Positions 1-9,408 of a stretch of DNA of 64,000 bases are shown piece by piece. The translations under genes were made by a program, and so were the position numbers. How positions within the stretch are numbered: the stretch's first letter is position 1; each line of letters starts with the position of its first letter. The DNA comes from Lama glama. Its lineage: Eukaryota. The notes under the pieces were generated by a model, which saw only the letters and a program-made list of their open reading frames with translations, made no database searches and had not been told where the DNA came from. The DNA lies in the NCBI GenBank assembly GCA_028534125.1, contig CM052849.1, positions 682,001 to 746,000 on the forward strand, given 5' to 3'.

Positions 1-1357
1 TGTGGCGGTCAGGACCCTGGGGGGTCCACCTGGCCACCCCGGTGCCAGCGCACTCCAGAAACGGCCTGCACCAAGGCCTGGGGGCACGGCCTCCTTCAGC
101 CAGGGTCCCCTGGGGAAGCAGGGGAGGCCACAGATGTGTGCAGAGGTGTGGCCAGAGGGTAAGTTCCACCCTGGCGTGGCCTGCCGCAGACTGCCCACCC
201 GCCCAGCACCCCAGCCATGCGCTGTTGCGAGAACACTCACAGACCCTCGCTCTCCTGGGTGCTTTTCTCAAAGGCTCGGTCCCTTGGGATCCCAGGAGTG
301 AGCAGAGACGACTGTGCTGCCTGCACATTGCGGACACACAGCCCCTCTTGGCCTTAACATTCCTCAAGCTGATGCTGTGTTCCAGGCTCTGAGGAGCTGA
401 CGTGGTCCCGATGGGACCCATCCAGGCCCATCCAGTCCTTTGCTCACCACTGGCCAGGCTGCTCGGCCCCACGGGGGTGTCCTCTGGGCTTACTGGTCCC
501 TAACTGTTGGAGGTACAGGGGGAGGAGAGGGTGAGGCCGTGTTGTCCATAAGTGGACCTTGGAGAAGAGATGTGTGATTTGAAGTGGGCTTGAAGGCACA
601 TGCTCCCTCGGCCCCATCCTGAAACCCCCTGGATGGGGCACAAATGACCAGGTGACAGACAGTGGGGAGGCACCTGGAAGAGCAGAAGGCCAGGGGGACC
701 TGACTTGACAGGCCATGGAAGGCCGTGTGCAGAGCCGGCTGTGTGCGGAGTTGGCCGTGGGGCTGAAGATGGAGCATCCGTGTGGCTCCTAGACCCGCAG
801 CACCACCTTCCCCTGGGGAAGAGGGCCCACCTGTGGGACAGGCAGGCATCACAGAGGCCCCCTGGATGGCTGTCCACAGGGTGCTGAGCAGGCCTCACTG
901 GAGGAGCGAGTGACCTTCACCTTGCTCCAGGTCCTTTCCTGGCTAGGCTCCTGCCACTGGCCACTGGGCTGGCTCATTATAGTTGGAGGTTGGAGGCGCC
1001 TCTGTGGACGGCGAGCCCAGGGAAGGTCCCAGCCTTCACCCCGGAGTGAAGAACAGTCAGAAAGTTCCTGGCGCCAGCATCCCAGTCACATGAGACCAGA
1101 GGGGCTGAAGCCACCAGGGAGATCAGGGCTCCAACTGAGGGGCCAGTGCCTGCAGATCAGGAGGCCCACCGAGTGTCTAGCACGGTGGATGAGGACAGCT
1201 CCAAACTGGGGCAAAGATCCTCAGGCTTCCAGGAGGAAGAGGGGCCACCAGAGATCAAGCATGGCATCACCCTCGAAGGACAGGGAAAGCCAGGACATGG
1301 GAGAGCAGAGTCTCCAAGGCTCTGAAAGGAAGCATTTCCAAAAGTTCTGTGCCCAAC

Positions 1358-1708
1358 TCTTATGGGCCGAATTGTGTCCCCCACATTCCCATGTTGACGC
1401 CCTAACCTCCAGCACCCCAGAGTGTGACTGTCTTTGAAGAGTCTATTAAAATAAGGCCACTGAGGTGGGCCCTGTCCCATCTGACTGGTGCCATTCTAAG
1501 CAGAGAATATGTGGACATGCAGGAAAGGCCATGGAGGACTCAGCAAGAGGCGGTTACCTGCAGGCCAAGGAGAGGGGCCTTGGGAGATGCCACAGTGCTG
1601 GCACCTGGTCCTGGGACTCCACGCCGCTGGACTGTGAGAAGATGGACTTCTGCTATTTGAATTCCGAGCCTGTGGTGTCTTGTTACTGCCACCCCAGCAA
1701 TCTGACTC
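1358..1708 (+). mobile_element. MaLR solo LTR (MLT1A/B-like) in the UFD1 last intron
   Basis: Starts ttatgggccgaattgtgtcccccc...atgttgacgccctaacc...tgtgactgt and contains gccaaggagagg...gactgtgagaa...ttctg, matching the MLT1 consensus as I recall it. Boundaries approximate. Confidence 0.75.
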
Positions 1709-2855
1709 CCACCACCCTGCAGTGACACCAGAGGAGAGTGGGGTTCCCAGTTACATAGGAGCCAAGACAAGGTAGTAGTCCTCATGCTCCTGTTTTCAGG
1801 AGGCCACAAGGACACACCCCACCCAAACAAAGGAATGAGGTAGAACCAAGAAAGCCTTAGACCCAGAATTTGGAGATCCTCATACAACATGCAGCCTGGG
1901 ACAGTGGCCAGTCAAGGCGGCAGCTCAAAGGCCCCAGAAGACGTGCCTCCCTTGCCCAGATGACATCGGCGGCTGCGACTGAATGCGTGGAAGAGGGGCC
2001 GGGCACCATGTCCACAGTGGGCAGAAGAGGGCTCTATCAGAGCAGAAGGCTGTGTGGCTCAGCTGTGACTTGTCTTTATGTGGTAGAGACCACAGCGACC
2101 CCGTGCAGATCCTGCCAGAAACACCAGCCGCACTTGGTGGTGGGAACGGTGCCAGGGTGTGGGCTGGAGAGCTTGGAATCCCCTGCCAGAGACAATGCCT
2201 CTGCCTGACCAGTGACGTTGCTCCTGAGAAGATGCCTGCTGTCTCCCAGAGCTCATAAGACAAGCCGCCTTCCTGCCAGTGGCTAGTGAGGGCCAGTGAG
2301 TCAACATTTGTAAAAAGCCTTAAGAACACCTGCATCCTTTCCCCAAGGAATTCAACTTATAGGAAAAATCAGAGTTGTGTGTGGGGACATTAAACTGCTC
2401 ACCAGGGCAACTAAAATACTGCAGACCTGGAGGTCACCTCTGGCAGGAGAAGGACTGCCTCTCTGCAGCCTTCGGAGGGTCCTGGTGGGAAGTGCATTGC
2501 CCTGACACTTGAAAATAGTTTTAATAAGTGTATACAGAAAAGTGACTGGAAATGTTATTTTGGGGTGGTTTTTCTTTGGGGGGGGTGTTGTGTATTTTTT
2601 ACATTGAAAATATGATGCCCCTGCAGAAGGGTGTACGTTCGCCCTGGGAGTCAAGGCTGATGGACGCAGAGTTGTGAGTCCGTGGTTTGGTTTTCAGTTC
2701 AGTAGACCACAGTTTGTGTTTCTATTTAGACATTTCTTATGAAGAATGTGGGAGTGAGGAAAGTGGGTGGATGGCACGTGAGTCAACAGAAGAAAGTGTT
2801 TTTCATTAAACCTCCAAGGAGTTTCTGAAAACAATGGTTTTCTTTTCATGCCCAG

Positions 2856-2930
2856 GATGAAGCTGGAGGCAGGTTCGTTGCTTTCTCCGGAGAAGGACAG
2901 TCGTTGCGGAAAAAGGGAAGAAAGCCTTAA
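2856..2930 (+). CDS. UFD1: UFD1 (p97/VCP cofactor), final coding exon; upstream exons lie outside the window, so 1-2855 is its last intron
   Basis: Acceptor ttttcttttcatgcccag, then DEAGGRFVAFSGEGQSLRKKGRKP-TAA, the known UFD1 C-terminus. Synteny UFD1-C22orf39-MRPL40-HIRA agrees. Too short to appear in the ORF track. Confidence 0.95.
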   Translation, partial: DEAGGRFVAFSGEGQSLRKKGRKP

Positions 2931-3548
2931 GTTGGGGCTGTTGGCTGATTAGAGAATAAAATAATTGCAGCATGATGGCTTTTAGTTACTGCCTTTGATG
3001 GGGATGCTCCGTCACTTTAGGTGTGTTTAGAGTGACCTAAGAATTACCGGGTTTGACCGGAACGTGGACCAGCAGGACTTGCAGCCAGTGTCTGATTTGG
3101 GGAGAGAAGCAGCCTCTGAGGTCCCACAGCCTCTTGCTTTCAGGCCCTCAGGACACGCCCACTGGGCACTCAATTCCTGCCCAGAACCTGCGAAGGGAAT
3201 TGAATTACTCTAACTTGTGGTGTTTTCTCTTTTTTCATATATCCTTTCTTTTCCCAGGTCATAGTTTAGCATTTGCCTTTGGCCTAGAAAAAAGTGGTTT
3301 AAACAGATAAGTGCTCCATAAGCAGTGGTTATCCCATTACTCTGGCTACAGTTTATTTGAGGAAGGGTGTTTCTGTTTTTATTTTACATGTTGATTTTTT
3401 TTCCCCTAAAAAGTCATTCCTCAGCAGGAAAACCTGACCTGAAAACATTTCCAATTTTTTTTCAATTTCATATAGAAATGACTGGCCCCTTAATCAATCT
3501 GTTCTTCTGTAAAACAACTTCATGGTGAAGCACAAATGTAACCATTAG

Positions 3549-3757
3549 AATAAATGAAAGCTAAAGCTCTCTTCTTTCCCCTTCCCTACCCCCCATTCCC
3601 AGTGTTAATGTATCCAAAGTTCTGCTGGCCTGCCTTTATTTTTTAACTAGGGTTAATTTAGCCTCAGATTTTCACTTTCTATAATATGACATGTTAATTC
3701 AATTTCTAATATCTCTTCTTTCTTGAAAATAATTATGATTCAAGAATTTCAAATAAA
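3549..3757 (+). terminator. Candidate UFD1 polyadenylation signals (AATAAA at 3549-3554 and 3752-3757; a further one at 2955-2960)
   Basis: Canonical hexamers in AT-rich sequence downstream of the UFD1 stop. Which one is used cannot be determined from DNA. Confidence 0.5.
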
Positions 3758-4820
3758 AACAGGCAGTGACTAAAACCTGAATTGCCTCCAAATGTCTGAT
3801 AAAATGCCAACAGGGATTGACACTTGGGCCACTGACCCAACCAGAGGAAGGCCTGCTTGCAGGAACCCTCATTGCATCTGCCCTTAGAAAGGGCTCTGGG
3901 GGGCTTCTCCCAGACAGTGTAGGGGGAAACAAGGCTCTTGACCCCTGGGGAGGGGGTGGTCGGGCCCAGCAGGGTTTCCTCTTGTTCGTGATAGTAGGCC
4001 AAGGGGTCTGTCCGTCTTTGGATAGGGCTCCCCTCACTCAGGAGAGGGCGTCCCCATGCAGGATGCGTCCCCAGGGTTCACCCACGAGTCCTCAGAGTGA
4101 GCATCAAAGGTCATCCTGATGGCCAGGGCTGAACCCCGTGGCCCACGCCCACACCACTGGCTGTGGGTGTGACTCTGGAAGGCATGAGCACGGCTGGGAC
4201 CTACAGACCCTCCATTCAATGGGTCCTGGGGTCGCCGGCAGAGGTGGGAGCCCTCCTGGGTGGGCAAGCCGTCTCTGTCCGCGGGATCACGTGGGCTACC
4301 GTGTCGTTCTGTGCTCGAGTGTCACGTGGGACTCTGGCCCTGGGTTCTCTGCCCTGAGCGGCACCTGCTGTGTCTACAGGGAAACCACTCCTTGTCGGTT
4401 CCTGGAGGCGCACTCCCTGCTTGGACCAGGGATGGCCCCGCTGCTGGGTCTGGTGACAATGGGGTTGCCTGGAGCAGAAGGCCTGGTAAGGCTGCTGCAA
4501 AGAACCTGCCTGAACCGCGTGGTTCCGTCAGAAACGGCCACTGGACGTGAACGTGTAGCGGAATGCCAGGTGGCCGGAGCGGACGGCTGCGGTCTACACA
4601 GCCACGCAGCGTGGTCTGCCTTTCGGACCCTGGGGCGCGCCCCGCCCACACCGCCCCGGCCCCGCCCTTCCTCGGCTGTTACTGGCTGCCAACCCGGACG
4701 TCCTATTCACTGGCGCGTCTCGAGGAGGAGGGCGAGGATGTAGTGATGACATCTCAGAGTTCATTGGTTCCTCTACCCATCAATCACGAGGTGGCCGGCG
4801 GGTCGGGCAGCAGCTCAGAC

Positions 4821-4844
4821 ATGGCCGACGGCGGTGGCTGGCGG
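4821..4844 (+). CDS. C22orf39: C22orf39 coding exon 1 (MADGGGWR)
   Basis: ATG at 4821, donor GTGAGC at 4845. Confidence 0.9.
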
Positions 4845-5919
4845 GTGAGCCCGGGGCCCACGGGACGGGCGATAACTCGGTCCAGGCTGAGCGAGGCTAG
4901 CGGGTGGTGACCGGGTCCGGGCGAGCGGGGTGGGCGGGCTCCGGGTCGCCTGCTCACGCCTGGTCCCTGCAGCCGCCGCGCCCGTGCGAGGCCTACCGCG
5001 CGGAGTGGGAGCTCTGCTGCAGCGCCGGGCACTTCCTGCGCCACTACTACGTCCACGGAGAGCGGCCGGCCTGCGGGCAGTGGCGGCGGGACCTGGCCAG
5101 CTGCCGCGAGTGGGAGGAGCGCCGCAGCGCCGAGGCCCAGGTGAGGCCCAGTTGAGGCCCAGGGGACTGGCCTGCAGGGGTTGGTTCTGCCGAGCCCGGG
5201 AAGCTGCCCGAGTAGCATCACCCAGCCCCGGGCCCGACGCCGGGACAGAGACGGCCCACCGCTGAGGGCAGGGGGCGGCTGCAGAGGGGTCGGGGTGAGG
5301 GTAGTCCCGGCAGGCCTTAAAAAAGGAGTTAGGTTCAGGCCTTCACGTGTGTTGGGAAGCGTGCTTGCCGCCAGGGCGGGATACCAGTCAGGAGATGGTT
5401 CTGGTCCATTCGTTTACTAGATACCGCTTGGGAAGGATGCTCTTGGGGATACAGGAGTGATGAGAACAAAGCCCTGTGCTCCTGGCTCCTTCATCCTAGT
5501 CCAGGGCACAGTGAGGCCTTGGAGCTGTTGGAGAGGGGAAGCAGTGAGGGGTTGTTTTCACGGGACGGGGCAGCAGGACTGGTATGTTTGAGAGAGAACG
5601 GTAAGTCCGTGATAAATGGAAAATCGGGAAGATGGTTTGCAGCCTATATGGGAAGAGATTAGTAATTTATGTGTGTGTGCGCGCGCGCGCTGACTCAGAG
5701 CGCTCCCTGCGCTGGCCAGGGGTGGGCGGGTGCCTGGAGGAGGGAGCTGTCCGGGGGCACATGGGGACAAAAGTGACCGGGTCTCCTTTGCAGCGGTCCC
5801 TCTGTGAGAGCGAGCGGGCAAGAGTCCGGGCCGCACAGAAGCATGGCCTGGTGTGGACCCCCAGGCAGAGCCCCCCTGCAGACTGGCACCTCCCTCTGCC
5901 TCAGGACAAGGACAGCTGA
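4821..5919 (+). CDS. C22orf39: C22orf39 (PANTS, UPF0545/DUF3128 family), 105 aa; join(4821..4844,4973..5140,5794..5919)
   Basis: Spliced product MADGGGWR-PPRPCEAYRAEWELCCSAGHFLRHYYVHGERPACGQWRRDLASCREWEERRSAEAQ-RSLCESERARVRAAQKHGLVWTPRQSPPADWHLPLPQDKDS*. GT-AG phase-0 introns, strong Kozak gacATGg. Confidence 0.95.
4973..5140 (+). CDS. C22orf39: C22orf39 coding exon 2
   Basis: Acceptor ccctgcag, 168 nt, donor GTGAGG. Confidence 0.95.
5668..5690. repeat. (TG)n(CG)n alternating purine-pyrimidine microsatellite
   Basis: tatgtgtgtgtgcgcgcgcgcgc read directly. Confidence 0.9.
5794..5919 (+). CDS. C22orf39: C22orf39 coding exon 3
   Basis: Acceptor ctcctttgcag; RSLCESERARV...QDKDS-TGA. Confidence 0.95.
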   Translation, partial: RSLCESERARVRAAQKHGLVWTPRQSPPADWHLPLPQDKDS

Positions 5920-6113
5920 CCAGCGCTCTGTATGTCTCACACCCCTACCGCTGTGATTGACCTCAACCATCCAGTGGGTCCCTGAGAGCCCCGCCTCTGG
6001 CCTTACCTGCTGCCGCACCTGAACCGGTGCACCCAGTGCACATCTTCCAGGCCACAGGCAGCACTGCCGATCCTGCGGGAGGTGGTCAGGCTGGCTGTGC
6101 TCCCCTGGGGATC

Positions 6114-7000
6114 GTCCCCCACCCCAGGGGCTGCGTTCTGGGGGGCAGGAGGGGAGAGGATGGGCTACCAGGGCTCCACCTGGGCCCTCCTTGCTCTGGA
6201 CCTCGTGGGTGAACTCTCCAGAGGTATCCCTGACCCATGTGGACATGCGAGGAGCAAAATAAGGTGGCCAGGTAGCCTCGCCTGGCTCTGGTTCGGTGCC
6301 GGCCCCGCTGAGGCCCCTCCCTCAGCCCCTCAGCAGCACAGGTGGGCCCCCCAGGGCCTTTTGGAGATGCTCATGGCTCCAGGATGGGATGCACACCCTT
6401 GTGTGAATTGGGTTTGTGAACTTTGGTCTTCAGCCCAGGACACATGGAATGTGGGTCTTCTTCCCTCCTCCTTTCCCTGGTCACTTTTAGAAAACGTGGA
6501 GTATATCAAAGGACATTTCACTCGTTTGAGTCCAGGTAGAAGCTGAAAATTAAATCCAGGTTAACTGCTGAGATTGTTCGATGTGGTACCTGGCCTCATG
6601 CTCATGCAGGAAGAGAGTTCTGCGTGCTTGTGTTCCTGTTGGTGTTTGTGAAATAGATGCAGGTGAACTGACAGAGGTGCCTCTGTTACTGACAAGAGCC
6701 CCTCCCTCACGCCACAGCCCCAGCCCAGCCACAGGGTAATCTGTCACTTCAGAGGGGTGTGCATTAAAGAACAAATTGTCCTGTCATGTGGCTTCTCTAC
6801 CAGGTGCCTTAGAGCCCTCTGACTGCTTATGTACCTGGGAGTAGTGGGGGCTGTGCACGTGGGGCCCTGGTCATCTGCCCTGTGTGTCCACCTGAGTGTG
6901 CGGAGGGGAGCCAGGGTCCCCCACCCCAGGGGCTGTGTGCCGGAGGGCAGGAGGGGAGAGGGTGGGCTGCCAGGGCTCCGCCTGGGCCCTACTTGCTCTG
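6114..7000 (+). repeat. Two 85-bp direct repeat copies (6114-6198 and 6916-7000)
   Basis: Hand alignment without gaps: 8 mismatches in 85 nt. Confidence 0.9.
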
Positions 7001-7864
7001 AAGCCCCGGCAGGGACACAGGAGCCTCGCAGTCGCACATGTGCCTGGAATCGCAGCAGCTCCTCACTGCTTCCTGGCACAGGGCTGGGCAACAGGAGGTG
7101 CCGGAGCGGCAGCCAGGGCAACAGTCTTGAGGGGCACCCCTCGCAGAGCCCCTGCCAGGCGAGGGCCGCGGGCTGCCAGCACCCAACGCCCCGTTAGAAG
7201 TCCTGTTCCTTCTTGGATACCCAGTGGGTTCCACACCACTGATGACCGTCATTCTGGAGAATATTCCCACACCCTCTCCTGTCCACCCCTGGTGTCTGCA
7301 CCCATGACAGGACCAGAGAGTCCAGCAGAGTTGAGGGAACAGATGTGAACATTCAAACATCAGCTGTGAGGAAAATGGACAGAGTGACAAGGAAGAGCAA
7401 ATTCTTTCAGACTCTTGGGACCAAGCCCGTGATAACGAGTGTTTTACGTTGTGACCTGGTGTGTCCTGTGACATACTGCACGTGTCACTGGAACGGGTGT
7501 CCCAGCACTGCACTGGCCTGCGCCGTGGGGAGCCGGCAGCTTGGGTCTGCTGCACGTGCCACCCCTCAGAGCCACATTCAGGATCCACAGGGTCACACAT
7601 GTGGTTCCATTACATAATACCATGAAATGATACAGAGATGGGAAGGCTGTGGGGTCAAGGGTCAGGGCTGGGAGATGTCCTGAGGTGCCTGGACCTTGGG
7701 GTAGTTGTATGGGACCACACTGGGATAAGACAGACGCGGGCCGCCACGGCCAGGAGTCTGAACACACGGTGTATAAGATGTGATACTGGGGGAGCCACAC
7801 GCCGACCGCCCTGTGTGGTAATATGTAATCTCCTGTTGGAAACTTGTAATTACTCCTAAATAAA
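6763..7864 (+). terminator. Candidate C22orf39 polyadenylation signals (ATTAAA 6763-6768; AATAAA 7859-7864)
   Basis: PAS hexamers downstream of the stop; usage unverified. Confidence 0.4.
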
Positions 7865-8409
7865 AGGTTAAAATGAAACAGCTGGCCATGACCCGCTGAG
7901 TTGATTGTACACCTAATGGACAAAATCTGACTTTCCAAAGCACCTGTGATGGGCAGGGAGGTGGGGGAGGCGCAGCGTCGGCCCAGACCAGGAGGCAGTT
8001 GCAGCCCACCAAGGCAAAGAAAGGGCCACACAGGACACGAGGAACAAGTGCCCGTGCCCAGGGGATGGGGGGCAGCGCCAAGCTGCAATTCTGGGGGTGG
8101 CAGGCCAGCTGGCCAGCTGGCCTGCGGCTGCAGAAGAGGCAAGGCTGCAGGACTCAGGATCCCAGGTGACTTCCTGATCCAGTAAAAGCGCTTGTCTGGT
8201 GCTTAAACCAAAGTGGACCCCACGCAGGGAGCAGGGACAGGGGCCTGTTTCCCTGGTTGGTTTGCACTCAGGTGGTAAAGGGGCCCTGATGCAGACATGG
8301 CTCCCTGCTGATCCCGGACCCTCCCCTTGAGGCTGCATCACATCCCCGCCTCCTTCCTAGATGCACTGGCCAACACCCTCGCAGCTTGGGGGGACTCTAC
8401 ATGGAGTCG

Positions 8410-8650
8410 GGGTACTTAGATGTCATTAGGTTAAAATGAGGCCTTTGAGGGGATAGGATCCAATCTGACTGGGGCCCCTGCAAGAAGAGATGCAAGACAC
8501 ACACACACAGACGGATGAACACGTGGGGACACGGGGAGAGGCCTCAGGAGGAAACAGCCCTGCAAAAGCCTGGCTCTTGGATATCCAGCCTCCAGAGAAA
8601 CGCTTTCCTGTTTAAGCCCGGAGTCCGCAGTGTTTTGTTCAGTAGGCCAG
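8410..8650 (+). mobile_element. MaLR LTR fragment (MLT1-like) between C22orf39 and MRPL40
   Basis: attaggttaaaatgagg...ccaatctgactgg...aagaagag...gagaggcctcaggaggaaac...ccagcctccaga...gtttaagcc, an MLT1 pattern. Confidence 0.7.
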
Positions 8651-9009
8651 AGCTCACCGCTCCAGGCGCACAGCACCTGGACGAGACAAGAGTACCCTCG
8701 GCTGGCCAGGTATCGCACCCTGGAGCACAGGGCAGCTGTAACTGGAGCCCTGGAGGGCCTGCTGCCTCCTCTTCTGTCTAGCAACCCCCACCCCCCAAGG
8801 CTGGCCCTGCTCCTCCCCATGTGCTGCTGCCTGTCCCTCACCTCCACTCCCTCCCGTGGAGCTCTGTGCCTCCTGCTGGTGGAGTCAGCCCCACATACCT
8901 GGAGGGCAACGGGCAAGGTCTTAGCCCTCCTCTCCCTCAGGCGAGCCACTCTCACCCCCCGCACAGCCTCAGGTGAATTAATTTTGACTCTGACACTTGC
9001 TCTTAAATA

Positions 9010-9015
9010 TTTATT
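9010..9015 (-). terminator. MRPL40 polyadenylation signal AATAAA
   Basis: tttatt on the + strand, about 70 nt past the stop codon. Confidence 0.75.
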
Positions 9016-9083
9016 CACTGCATGCTGCCACAGGCAGGCCTGACCCAGACATCTGGGCGCTCTGGGCGCGGCTGCCAGCAGCT

Positions 9084-9408
9084 CTACCTCTTGAACTCCA
9101 CCTGTGTGTACACTTTGGTGATGTCGTGGTACCTGCCTTCTGGGGGCTGGTAGTTGGAGATGGGAGGCGTGTAATCTGGTCCTTGTCTCTCAAAGGGGAA
9201 CAGACCAGGGTCCCGTTTGGTGGCCTCAGCATGGAGCTCCGGGGCTGTGAGCTGCAGCTCCCGCAGAGCTTCCTGCTGGGCCTGGAGCAGGGACCGGACA
9301 GCATCCCTCTCCGCCTCATGCTCCCGCTGCTTGTACAGTGACCACTTCTTCAGAAGCAGGGCCCTGCGCTCGCTCTCCTCGAAGGGGAGCTCTGCCGGAG
9401 GCCGCTGT
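9084..9408 (-). CDS. MRPL40: MRPL40 exon 4 (coding part)
   Basis: [26 protein letters not shown]...VEFKR-TAG. Confidence 0.96.

Larger units (their letters stand above)
4540..5300. promoter_or_regulatory. CpG island / promoter of C22orf39
   Basis: Dense CpG, GC boxes (ccccgccc at about 4639-4666) and a reverse CCAAT (attgg near 4763); covers exons 1-2. Confidence 0.8.

Noticed and set aside
6114-7000. LTR pair or CRISPR-like repeat
   Set aside because: Only two copies, no TG...CA ends, PBS, PPT or TSD, no spacer array; mammalian context.
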